This document shows, one piece after another, positions 15,032-23,606 of a DNA stretch of 32,000 bases. The notes beneath the pieces were generated by a model. It worked only from the letters and a program-made list of their open reading frames with translations, was not told where the DNA came from and searched no databases. Where the stretch lies: assembly GCA_029269845.2 (NCBI GenBank), contig CP149973.1:1020001-1052000 (forward strand), given 5' to 3'. The position numbers and the translations under genes are program-made. The DNA is from Opitutia bacterium KCR 482 (GTDB lineage: Bacteria > Verrucomicrobiota > Verrucomicrobiia > Opitutales > Intestinicryptomonadaceae). Each line of letters opens with the position of its first letter. The first letter of the stretch is position 1.

Positions 15032-15913
15032 TTATTTCACGAAGTCCGCCTTGTTGAGGTAGTCGAAGCTCATCTTCACGCTTTCGCAGGGCGTGTAGTT
15101 GTAGCGTTCCACTTCCACGAAGAAGTGTTCCGTGCCCGCGATTTTGAGGTTGTTGAAGATTGCGTCGAAACCTACCATACCGCTCTGACCGAGCTCCTTT
15201 TCGTCCTTGATGTGGAGGAGTCTGAAACGGTTGGGATATTTCTTAAAGAGGTCTACGGGACCCGTTTCGCCGCGAACCGCCCAGTAAACGTCAAGCTCTA
15301 TGAAAACGTATTTCGGGTCTGTGTGCTGGAGCATGTAGTCCATCATCGAAATCTTGTTTTCGATTTTTTCGAACTCGTGCTTGTGGTTGTGGTAGCCGAA
15401 AGCTATGCCCTTTGCCGCCGCGCGTTTGCCGACTTCGTTAAAGTATTCGCAGTATGTCTGCATGTCTTTAAGCGTTTCGGGGCGTTTGAGGTAGGGCATA
15501 ACCATGTATTTCATGCCCGCCTTTTGGTGCGCGTCGATAGCCTGATCCCACCAAGCGAGAGCCTTGGAGAAATCCTTTGTGGCAAGCTCCTCTTTCGTGA
15601 GCGCGCGGTTCTGGTGCGAGGAAATGACCTTCATGCCGGTCGATTCAACAAGCTTCTTGAATTCGACGGGGTCCATTCCGTAGAATTTGCCGTTGCCGTA
15701 GCCCGCCGCTTCGATTGAAGTGTAGCCCATGTCGGCCGCCTTTTGGAGCGTGCCTTTGAGGTCTTTCTTCGCGTCGGCGCGGAGCGAATAGAGCTGAAGC
15801 CCGATTTCCTTTTTCGGGGCGGGCGCGGAAGACTGCGCCGTAGCGCATGCCGAATTGAATGTCGCAACCGCCGCGAGCGCGATTGCCAAAACGATAGATT
15901 TAATTTTCATCAT
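15032..15913 (-). CDS. Exported sugar phosphate isomerase/epimerase family protein (xylose-isomerase-like TIM barrel)
   Basis: I chose the start MMKIKSIVLAIALAAVATFNSACATAQ, a signal peptide and possibly a lipoprotein Cys. IGLQLYSLR, GYTSIEAAGY, FGYHNH, FIELDVYW and LLHIKD fit the family. Confidence 0.85.
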   Translation of the reverse strand: MMKIKSIVLAIALAAVATFNSACATAQSSAPAPKKEIGLQLYSLRADAKKDLKGTLQKAADMGYTSIEAAGYGNGKFYGMDPVEFKKLVESTGMKVISSHQNRALTKEELATKDFSKALAWWDQAIDAHQKAGMKYMVMPYLKRPETLKDMQTYCEYFNEVGKRAAAKGIAFGYHNHKHEFEKIENKISMMDYMLQHTDPKYVFIELDVYWAVRGETGPVDLFKKYPNRFRLLHIKDEKELGQSGMVGFDAIFNNLKIAGTEHFFVEVERYNYTPCESVKMSFDYLNKADFVK

Positions 15914-16065
15914 ATATTTGCTGTTAAAAAGGCGAACATGCCCTACATTTTCCGATTTTTCAAGTATTTTGTTGCCGCAAAATCCAAATGCACAACCGTT
16001 CAAAAATCTTGACATTCGCGGATTTTTCGGGCAAAAATGCACCGAATTCGATTGAGATTGTACAT

Positions 16066-17475
16066 ATGCGCAGATTCGGAAAGACAAAAGCGGCAATCGC
16101 CATTCTTGCGGCGTCCCTTTGCTGCGCGCATTTCGGGTTTGCGTACTCGATACCGCTGAAAATCCAGCCGCGCTTCGAATCGGACGAACACGCCGAACAC
16201 AGGGGCGAAGACTACGAACGCCGACGCTTTTGGGGCAAAATAGTGATAGGCTCGGCGATAATATCGGGCATGCTGTTGTTCAGATTCATCGCAAACAGGG
16301 AGCCGCAGCGCAGGTACATCAGAATTTTAAAATCGCTCCCGGGCAGAATCGGCGTCTGCACGCGCGACTTTTCCCTGATGTTCTTCCACACCGAAAACGA
16401 GCAGCTCAACCGCAAAAAGCTCAAAAACCTGCGCGAGGTAAAGAACATAGACTTCGACGCGATTTCGGCGGCGATAACAAAAGTCTTCAACACAAAAACC
16501 GCCGCGGTACTCGACTACGACTATAAGCACGTCCGCCGCTCCATGACGATTTCGCCGCTCGACGACTCCGTTTTCGGTAGGGAATGCGTAATCTGGTTCT
16601 CGCACGACAACACCGAATTGCAGGAAGCCCGCGACCAAGCCGAACGCTACGCAAAACAAAGCGCGGAAAACATGCTGAAACTGCGCCAGAACACGCGCAT
16701 GTGGCGCATACTTCTCAACGCCCTGCCAATGCACGTTTTCGCGAAAGACCCTTCGGACGATTTCAGGTACGCGTTCTCGAACAAAAAAACCAACGAATTT
16801 TTCGGCAGGGACATCACGGGACTTACGGACTTCGAAATATTCGAGAAATCGGAGGCGGAGCGCAGGCGTTTCGAGGACATCGAAAACATGAAAGACCTGA
16901 CGCGCGGGTTCGAAGCGAACATTCCCCTCAAAGACTTCCGCGGAAAGACGCACCTGATGTGCAACATCAGATACCCGTTCACCGACGAAAGCGGACACAC
17001 CCTCCTTCTAGGCGCGTCGCTCGACGTAAGCGAAGTGCTCGAAAGCGCGAAAATAAGGGAGCGGACTGAATCGTTCTGGGAAAACGTGGTCGAAAACTTC
17101 CCGATTATGGCGTTCGCAAAAGACGCCGACGGCGGCTTCAAGTACATAGCGGCAAACAGGCAGGTTTGCGAATTTTTGGGAATCCCGAAAGCCGAGCTTA
17201 TCGGCAAGACCGACGCCGAAATTCCCGCATTCGCCCCGATGCTCGAAGAAATCCGCGCGCGCGACGAAGCCGCGGTAGAAGCGGGCGAACACAGCGTGCA
17301 CACGCTCTTCGTCCCCGACGGGCGCGGCGAAAAACGCCTTCTCCGCGCAATCAGAAAGCCGATAACGCTCTCCGACGGCCGCCGCATTCTCTGCTTCACG
17401 ATAGCCGACATCAGCGACCTCGCCGACGAATCGCTAAAAAAAAGGTTGATATGCACCGAAAAAACGCCATTGTGA
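16066..17475 (+). CDS. Membrane-anchored multi-PAS protein with no recognisable output domain
   Basis: I chose the start MRRFGKTKAAIAILAASL. There are two TM segments bracketing a loop of about 30 aa. Repeated PAS-like modules follow (LNALPMHVFAKDPSDDFRYAFSNKKTNEFFGRD...; VENFPIMAFAKDADGGFKYIAANRQVCEFLGIP...). The protein ends about 25 aa after the last module. Confidence 0.75.
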   Translation: MRRFGKTKAAIAILAASLCCAHFGFAYSIPLKIQPRFESDEHAEHRGEDYERRRFWGKIVIGSAIISGMLLFRFIANREPQRRYIRILKSLPGRIGVCTRDFSLMFFHTENEQLNRKKLKNLREVKNIDFDAISAAITKVFNTKTAAVLDYDYKHVRRSMTISPLDDSVFGRECVIWFSHDNTELQEARDQAERYAKQSAENMLKLRQNTRMWRILLNALPMHVFAKDPSDDFRYAFSNKKTNEFFGRDITGLTDFEIFEKSEAERRRFEDIENMKDLTRGFEANIPLKDFRGKTHLMCNIRYPFTDESGHTLLLGASLDVSEVLESAKIRERTESFWENVVENFPIMAFAKDADGGFKYIAANRQVCEFLGIPKAELIGKTDAEIPAFAPMLEEIRARDEAAVEAGEHSVHTLFVPDGRGEKRLLRAIRKPITLSDGRRILCFTIADISDLADESLKKRLICTEKTPL

Positions 17476-17507
17476 AATTTTTAAATTCAGAATTTGAGGA
17501 AATATAA

Positions 17508-17912
17508 ATGGCTTCCATATTGATAGGATTGTTCACTTTCGTACTGGTACTGGTTTGCGTATTGCTGGTCTTGGTAATACTCATGCAACGCCCCAACGCA
17601 AACGCGGGCATGGGAGCGGCTCTCGGCGGCGGAATGGCGGAAGGCGCGTTCGGCGGCGAAGCCGGCAACGTACTCACAAAGGCGACAGTCAAGCTCACGG
17701 TGCTCTACTTCGTGATTTCGGCGGGTCTGTACCTCGGATACATCTACACGACGGGCGGAAGCTCGGCGGAAAAGGCGGAAACCCCGTCGATTTCGTCGCT
17801 TGTGGAACAGAAGAAAGCGGAAGCCGAAAAAGCTCCCGCGCCCAAGGCGGACGCGGCAAAGGAAGCCGCGTCAAAAGCCCCCGCAACACCCGCCGCTCCC
17901 GCAAAAAAATAG
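17508..17912 (+). CDS. secG: Preprotein translocase subunit SecG with an Ala/Lys/Pro-rich C-terminal extension
   Basis: LVILMQRPNANAGMGAALGGG...GNVLTKATVKLTVLYFVISAGLYL is the SecG pattern. GAGGA RBS. The tail of about 54 aa begins near aa 81. Confidence 0.85.
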   Translation: MASILIGLFTFVLVLVCVLLVLVILMQRPNANAGMGAALGGGMAEGAFGGEAGNVLTKATVKLTVLYFVISAGLYLGYIYTTGGSSAEKAETPSISSLVEQKKAEAEKAPAPKADAAKEAASKAPATPAAPAKK

Positions 17913-17915
17913 GGA

Positions 17916-18761
17916 ATGCAAAAACGTTTTCCAAAATTTCGGGGCGCGGTTGCTTGCATCGCGCTCTTTTTTGTCCCGATATTCGCGGGCTTGCCCGACG
18001 CGTCGGCGCAGGTAAGGCGCGGCTTCGAGAAAGTCGTGCCGCTTACGCAAAGCGAGGCGGCGGAAATGTGGAACGCCTTTAAACGCGCGAAAATCGCGGG
18101 CAGCTACGCAATGCGCTTCACGCTCACGCACTCGCCGCGCAGGGGCGAAAACACAGAATACGACGGCGAAATATTCGGAACGGAACGCAACGGAAAAACG
18201 CTCACGCGCATAAGGCTCAAAAAGGCGCAAGACGCCGACTTTGCCGACTTCATTTTGTCGAACTCGCCGGAAAGCCAAAAAGTGTGGCGCAAAAACGCCG
18301 GCGGAAAATTCGCCGAAATTCCCGAATCGGAATGGCTCAAACCGCTGCTCGACGGCGCGGTATTCTCGCCCTTCGACCTCCTCATGCCCTACGTCAACTG
18401 GACGCCGAAATACGCGGGCGCGGGAAGAATCGGGCAGGCGGTGCACTTCTTCGAGCTTGAAACGCCGAAAGGCTTTGCCGACACAATAGACAAAGTCGAT
18501 GTCGCAATCACGCGCGAATTCAATTCGCCAGCGCAGACGAGGGTGTTCGCAAAAGGCGGGGCGAAAACGGTCTCGCTCGGCTCGGTAAAAAAGGCGGACG
18601 GGCTGTGGATTGTGCTCGAGCTATCCGCCCGCGACGAAGCTTCGCGCGACAAGGACAAACTAAGGTTCCGCGCCGCAAAATTCCGCGCCGACCTCCCCTC
18701 CTCCGTATTCGACCCCGAAAGCGCGGCAGTTCCGCAAATCGGCGGCATGCAAAAATTGTAG
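17916..18761 (+). CDS. Exported hypothetical protein, possibly LolA-like (outer-membrane lipoprotein-sorting fold)
   Basis: Signal peptide ...ALFFVPIFAGLPDASAQ. Coding-like composition. It starts 3 nt after the secG stop. The LolA-like call is a weak impression from overall pattern. Confidence 0.55.
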   Translation: MQKRFPKFRGAVACIALFFVPIFAGLPDASAQVRRGFEKVVPLTQSEAAEMWNAFKRAKIAGSYAMRFTLTHSPRRGENTEYDGEIFGTERNGKTLTRIRLKKAQDADFADFILSNSPESQKVWRKNAGGKFAEIPESEWLKPLLDGAVFSPFDLLMPYVNWTPKYAGAGRIGQAVHFFELETPKGFADTIDKVDVAITREFNSPAQTRVFAKGGAKTVSLGSVKKADGLWIVLELSARDEASRDKDKLRFRAAKFRADLPSSVFDPESAAVPQIGGMQKL

Positions 18762-18793
18762 GCGTTTAGTGTTGTAAGTTTCGGGCGCGGGGC

Positions 18794-18822
18794 TTAGCGT
18801 TTCGGCTAAATTTACGTACAAT
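18794..18822 (+). promoter_or_regulatory. Candidate promoter very close to the aminopeptidase start (would give a leaderless or near-leaderless mRNA)
   Basis: TTAGCG (18794-18799), a 17-nt spacer, then TACAAT (18817-18822). Only 8 nt separate the -10 element from the ATG at 18831, and I see no SD sequence. Confidence 0.25.
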
Positions 18823-18830
18823 ATTCTACC

Positions 18831-19940
18831 ATGGATACGCGTTATATAAAACTCGCAAAAAATTTGTGCGGACACTCCGCAAAAATCAAACAGGGCGAAC
18901 ACGTTCTGCTCGACCTCTGGGAAACGCCCGTCGAAATGGCGGAAGCCCTCATAGACGAAATTTCGTCGCGCGGGGCTTTCGCTCACGTCGAACTCGGCAA
19001 CCCGCGCATAGCCCGCAGGCTCGCGATGTCGTCGGGCGGCGACAGGCTCGCGGTCGCGGCGGAATGCGCCCTCTACAAAATGAAAAAGATGGACGCGTAC
19101 ATCGCAATACGCGGCTCGCACAACATCTTCGAAAACTCCGACGTTCCGCAAAACAGAATGGCGGAAATCTCCGCCGCAATGAAGGAGTCGGTGGACTGGC
19201 GCGTCAACAAGACAAAGTGGGTTGTGCTGCGCTGGCCGAACCCCGCAATGGCTCAGCTTGCGCAGATGAGCACCGAAGCTTTCGAAGACTTCTACTTCGA
19301 CGTCTGCACAATGGACTACGACAAAATGGACGAGGGCATGGCAGCGATGAAAAAGCTCATGGAATCGACCGACCAAGTCCACATCACGGGTCCGAATACC
19401 GACCTTCGCTTCTCGATTAAGGGCATGAAGGCAATCCCCTGCGGCGGGCAGTACAACATTCCCGACGGCGAAATCTTCACCGCCCCCGTGCGCGACAGCG
19501 TCGAGGGCGTGGTGGAATACAACGCGCCGACAATCTACAACGGCGTTTCGTTCGACCGCATTACGCTCGAATTCGAGAAGGGGAAAATCGTCCGAGCAGG
19601 CTCGCCGTCGAACGAGCTTATGCTTAGGAAAATCCTTTCGAGCGACGAGGGCGCGGCGTACATCGGCGAATTCGCAATGGGCTTCAACCCCTACGTCAAC
19701 CGCCCCATGCGCGACATTCTCTTCGACGAGAAAATCGCGGGGTCGTTCCACTTCACCCCCGGTCAGGCGTACACGGAGGCGGACAACGGCAACAAGTCGA
19801 GAATCCACTGGGACATGGTCTGCATTCAGACGCCCGAATACGGCGGCGGCGAAATACGCTTCGACGGAAAGCTCGTGCGCAAGGACGGCGTATTCATCGG
19901 AGAGGGAATAGAAAAGCTCAATCCCGAATACCTCAAATAG
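18831..19940 (+). CDS. Aminopeptidase, peptidase family M29 (AmpS/PepS-like)
   Basis: MDTRYIKLAKNLCGHSAKIKQGEHVLL..., later GQYNIPDGEIFTAP, GEFAMGFNP and SRIHWDMV are typical M29 motifs. Length 369 aa. Confidence 0.9.
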   Translation: MDTRYIKLAKNLCGHSAKIKQGEHVLLDLWETPVEMAEALIDEISSRGAFAHVELGNPRIARRLAMSSGGDRLAVAAECALYKMKKMDAYIAIRGSHNIFENSDVPQNRMAEISAAMKESVDWRVNKTKWVVLRWPNPAMAQLAQMSTEAFEDFYFDVCTMDYDKMDEGMAAMKKLMESTDQVHITGPNTDLRFSIKGMKAIPCGGQYNIPDGEIFTAPVRDSVEGVVEYNAPTIYNGVSFDRITLEFEKGKIVRAGSPSNELMLRKILSSDEGAAYIGEFAMGFNPYVNRPMRDILFDEKIAGSFHFTPGQAYTEADNGNKSRIHWDMVCIQTPEYGGGEIRFDGKLVRKDGVFIGEGIEKLNPEYLK

Positions 19941-19941
19941 C

Positions 19942-20886
19942 ATGGGCGAAATCAGAAACTACACCCACCCCGAAGGCGCGCCGCCGACCCGCGCCGACAA
20001 GGCGGTAGCCGCGTTCCTCGCCGAGGAGGTTTCGCGCTCGCGGCTCGAAGACAGCTTCAAAAACGGCAAAGTCAAAATAAACGGCGAGCCGATTGCAAAA
20101 AAGCTCGAACTCCGCGCGGGCGACACCGTGGAGATAGAGCTTCCGCCGCCGCTCGAAACGGAGGTCAAGCCCGTAGACATTCCCGTGGAAATACTCTACG
20201 AAGACGACGACGTTGTGGTTGTGAACAAACCCGCGGGCATGACAGTCCACCCCGGTAGCGGCACGGGCGACGACACGCTCGTGCACGCAATGATGTTCCA
20301 CTGCAAGGGCAAACTCAGCATGGCGGGCGGCGCAATGCGCCCCGGCATTGTCCACAGGCTCGACAAGGAAACGTCGGGCGCGATGATTATGGCGAAGAAC
20401 GACAACGCCTATTACAGGCTCGTCGAAATGTTCTCGGAGCGCGAGCTTGACAAAGAGTACATCGCAATCGTAAGCGGCGTGCCCACAGTTCGTAGCGGCA
20501 CAATCCGCAAGCCGATAGGCCGCCACCCGTCGTTCAAAACAAAAATGTGCATTAACGAAAACGGCAGAGACGCCCACACGGAATGGACACTTGTCGAAAA
20601 ATTCGGCAACAAGGCGGCTCTGCTTTCGTGCAAAATCTACACGGGCAGAACGCACCAAATACGCGTGCACCTAACCGACCTCGGCTTCCCAATCATGGGC
20701 GACTACACATACTGCTTCCAGAAAAACAAATTCCGCGAAATCGAAGCCCCGCAGCGCGTAATGCTGCACGCACGCAGGCTCGCCCTGCCCCACCCCACAA
20801 GGGAGGGCGAAACAATCGACGTAGAGGCGACCCCGCCCGACGATTTCCTCAACCTGCTCGAAACGCTACGCAAAACCTACATTTAA
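19942..20886 (+). CDS. rluD: RluA-family 23S rRNA pseudouridine synthase (RluD-like) with an N-terminal S4 domain
   Basis: GIVHRLDKETSGAMIMAKN (catalytic Asp motif), YTGRTHQIRVHL and MLHARRLALPHP. It starts 1 nt after the upstream stop. Confidence 0.9.
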   Translation: MGEIRNYTHPEGAPPTRADKAVAAFLAEEVSRSRLEDSFKNGKVKINGEPIAKKLELRAGDTVEIELPPPLETEVKPVDIPVEILYEDDDVVVVNKPAGMTVHPGSGTGDDTLVHAMMFHCKGKLSMAGGAMRPGIVHRLDKETSGAMIMAKNDNAYYRLVEMFSERELDKEYIAIVSGVPTVRSGTIRKPIGRHPSFKTKMCINENGRDAHTEWTLVEKFGNKAALLSCKIYTGRTHQIRVHLTDLGFPIMGDYTYCFQKNKFREIEAPQRVMLHARRLALPHPTREGETIDVEATPPDDFLNLLETLRKTYI

Positions 20887-20895
20887 CAATATCAA

Positions 20896-22185
20896 ATGCT
20901 ATCCGATATGGACAAAAACTACCACATAGAAACAATATCCGTACAGGGCGGCTGGGAGCCGAAAAACGGCGAGCCGCGCGTCGCGCCCATTATCCAGAGC
21001 ACGACGTACAAATACGAAACCGCGCAGGAGCTCGCCGACCTCTTCGACCTCAAAGCGGCGGGGCACTTCTACACGCGCCTGAGCAACCCGACAGTCGAGG
21101 TGCTCGAAAAGAAAATGGCAGCCCTCTGCGGCGGCATCGGCGCAATCGCGACTTCGAGCGGACAGGGCGCGACTTCGCTCGTAGCCCTCAACCTCTGCTC
21201 CGCGGGCGACCATGTGGTAAGCGCGAGCACGATTTACGGCGGAAGCACAAACCTGTTCGGACACTCGCTCGCCAAGCTCGGAATCGAAACTACATTCGTC
21301 AATCAGGACGCACCCGAAAATGAAATCGCCGCGGCAATCCGCCCCAACACAAAATTCATTTTCGCGGAAACCCTCTCGAACCCCAGCGTCAAAGTGCTCG
21401 ACTTCGACAAATTCTCGCGAATCGCCCGCGCTGCGGGAATCCCGCTCGTGATAGACAACACCTTCCCGACGCCCGCCCTCTGCCGACCCTTCGAATTCGG
21501 CGCGGACATCGTAACCCACAGCACGTCTAAATTCGCCGACGGCCATGCCGCCGCGCTCGGCGGAATCGTGGTAGACAAGGGCGACTTCGACTACGCAAGC
21601 TCCGACAAATTCGCGGGGCTTACCACGCCAGACGAAAGCTACCACGGCATGGTCTACACAAAGACTTTCGGCAAATTCGCGTTCCTCGCAAAGGCGCGCA
21701 CGCACGTCATGCGCGACTTCGGCATGATGATGTCGCCCATGAACGCGTGGATTACAAACATGAATCTCGAAACACTCGCCCTGCGCATGGAACGCCACAG
21801 CTACAACGCGCAAAAGGTCGCAGAGTTCCTCGAATCGCACCCGAAAATCGAGTGGGTCAACTACCCCGGTTTGGCAAGCTCGCCCGAACACGAACGCGCA
21901 AATAAATACCTCAAAGCGTGCAGCGGCGTAATGACTTTCGGCCCGAAAGGCGGAAGGGCGGCGGCCGAAAAGCTCATGAACAACCTCAAACTCGCGGCAA
22001 TAGTCTGCCACGTCGCCGACGCGCGTACGGGCGTACTCCACCCCGCAAGCACGACGCACCGCCAGCTCTCCGAGCGCGAACAGCGCGAGACGGGAATCCT
22101 GCCCGAACTTATCCGCATGTCGGTCGGCATCGAGCATGTAGACGACATCATCGCCGACCTCGACCAAGCCCTTGCGCAAATCTAA
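20896..22185 (+). CDS. metY: O-acetylhomoserine aminocarboxypropyltransferase / cysteine synthase family (PLP-dependent)
   Basis: TTYKYETAQELADLF...HFYTRLSNPTVEVLEKKMAALCGG...VTHSTSKFADGH (PLP lysine)...VGIEHVDDIIADLDQAL. An alternative start at 20908 (MDKNYH) is possible. Confidence 0.9.
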   Translation: MLSDMDKNYHIETISVQGGWEPKNGEPRVAPIIQSTTYKYETAQELADLFDLKAAGHFYTRLSNPTVEVLEKKMAALCGGIGAIATSSGQGATSLVALNLCSAGDHVVSASTIYGGSTNLFGHSLAKLGIETTFVNQDAPENEIAAAIRPNTKFIFAETLSNPSVKVLDFDKFSRIARAAGIPLVIDNTFPTPALCRPFEFGADIVTHSTSKFADGHAAALGGIVVDKGDFDYASSDKFAGLTTPDESYHGMVYTKTFGKFAFLAKARTHVMRDFGMMMSPMNAWITNMNLETLALRMERHSYNAQKVAEFLESHPKIEWVNYPGLASSPEHERANKYLKACSGVMTFGPKGGRAAAEKLMNNLKLAAIVCHVADARTGVLHPASTTHRQLSEREQRETGILPELIRMSVGIEHVDDIIADLDQALAQI

Positions 22186-22206
22186 GCGGCGGAGAAACCC
22201 CCATTC

Positions 22207-22237
22207 AAAAAGGCGTCCGATTCGGACGCCTTTTTTT
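22207..22237 (+). terminator. Intrinsic terminator after metY
   Basis: GGCGTCCG (22212-22219) pairs with CGGACGCC (22223-22230), followed by T7 and preceded by an A run. Confidence 0.85.
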
Positions 22238-22385
22238 GCGCCCGCCACGCGAGTCGCGCGAACTCCGAACGCACCGCTTACAAAACGCAAACTGCCGCCT
22301 CGCAAGCCCTCCTCCTGCCGTCGGGCAAGCCACCCGTGTGCCCCGTATTTCACCAACAACTCCGCAGAAGAACTCCCGCCCGCTT

Positions 22386-22413
22386 AAAAAAGAATCCGCA
22401 GGCAAAACCCGCG
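22386..22413 (-). terminator. Weak candidate terminator after sufD
   Basis: The minus-strand RNA would form CGCGGG / CCUGCG (one G-U pair) with loop UUUUG, then GAUUC and U6. The geometry is atypical. Confidence 0.3.
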
Positions 22414-22442
22414 AATTAAAAATTAACGTTTTCTATCAAGAA

Positions 22443-23606
22443 CTAACAGTTTCCGTCAAATTCCATTCCGAACTTTTCGAAAGTCGTGCGGGCGAAGCCG
22501 CCTATGATAAGGTCGAGAGCCTCCGAATCGGAAAGTCCGCGCTGGTTCATGTAGAAAAGCTCGTCGGAGTCTGGCTTGGAGACCGTGCAACCGTGCGAGC
22601 ACTCGACGTCGTTTGCCAAGATTTCGAGCATGGGCGACGCCTCCGTCTTCGCGTTGTCCGAAAGCGAAAGCGAGCGGCAGCTCTGGTACGCGCTCGTCTT
22701 CTGCGCGTCCTCCTCCACGCGGATAAGCCCCGCGAACGCCGCGCGCGATTTGTCGGCGACGGCGCATTTCACCGCAAGATTGCTGTGCGAGCCGCCCACC
22801 CTGTGCATTTGCGACGTGCGCATGTCGTGGGTGATTGCGCCCGAAGTCCGCAGGAACGCGCGGGTGTCAATCTCCGCGCCGCCGCCCGTTATTTCGAAAT
22901 TCCTTTCCGCGCGGCTCGGCGAAAGCCCGACCTCCGCGTAGGCGTCTACGACGCTCGCGCCCGCGGGCACGCGGAAGTCGTCGCGCAAATATGTGTGCGC
23001 CTCCGAGCCAGAATATTTGAAAGTCGCAAGCTCCAGCGCCGAATTTTCGGAAAGCAAAAAGCCCGACATCGAGATTCCGAACGAGCCTCCCGCCGTCGCG
23101 AACCTGCGCACAAGCCGCAGTTTTGAGTTTCTGCCGAGCATGAACAGCGCCGAACCGACCGAAAGCCCAAGCCTCGAAATCACCGAAAGTTCAAGCTCCG
23201 CCGACGCGCCGTCGTCCACCACAAAAACCGAGCCGTTTTGCGCGCGCGACGCCGCAATCGTGTCGAACTTTCCCTTTGCCGCGCCGAAAAATTCGGACAC
23301 CGCCTCCGGATATTTTTCCGCCGCCGCCGACATCGATAAAACCGAGACGCCCGCGGGAACGTCGGCGGACAGCAGCTGTCCGTCGAAAACCGCAAGCCCG
23401 TTTTTCTGCGCGTTTGCGGAAATCTCGGCGATTTTCGAATCCTCGCGCGATTCGGGCACGCCGCGCGAAAAGTGCGGGAACAGCGCGTCCGCGCTCCACG
23501 CCGAAAGGTCGGCAAACCGCCAGTATTCGTCCTTGCGGTGCGGGAACGGAATTTCGGCAAACCGCGCCTTTGCGGCGTCGGAAATTTTTTCGAGAATGCC
23601 GCTCAT
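22443..23606 (-). CDS. sufD: Fe-S cluster assembly protein SufD
   Basis: I chose the start [31 protein letters not shown]. The C-terminal [44 protein letters not shown] is the SufD signature. There is an ATGA overlap with sufB. Confidence 0.9.
   Translation of the reverse strand: MSGILEKISDAAKARFAEIPFPHRKDEYWRFADLSAWSADALFPHFSRGVPESREDSKIAEISANAQKNGLAVFDGQLLSADVPAGVSVLSMSAAAEKYPEAVSEFFGAAKGKFDTIAASRAQNGSVFVVDDGASAELELSVISRLGLSVGSALFMLGRNSKLRLVRRFATAGGSFGISMSGFLLSENSALELATFKYSGSEAHTYLRDDFRVPAGASVVDAYAEVGLSPSRAERNFEITGGGAEIDTRAFLRTSGAITHDMRTSQMHRVGGSHSNLAVKCAVADKSRAAFAGLIRVEEDAQKTSAYQSCRSLSLSDNAKTEASPMLEILANDVECSHGCTVSKPDSDELFYMNQRGLSDSEALDLIIGGFARTTFEKFGMEFDGNC

Noticed and set aside
14700-15062. 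120-aa + strand ORF (Pro/Arg/Gln-rich) and small minus-strand ORFs in the C-rich spacer
   Set aside because: It has a TTG start, and its low-complexity translation is dictated by the C-rich repeats. It runs across the bidirectional terminator into the antisense of the next gene.
18660-19943. 427-aa minus-strand ORF, and the similar 20899-22359 (-) 486-aa ORF
   Set aside because: They are antisense to the M29 aminopeptidase and to metY, both of which carry diagnostic motifs. They are the same codon-bias artefact.
20887-20895. Possible SAM/Met riboswitch or leader upstream of metY
   Set aside because: Only 9 nt separate rluD from metY, which leaves no room for a riboswitch. metY appears to be co-transcribed with the aminopeptidase and rluD.
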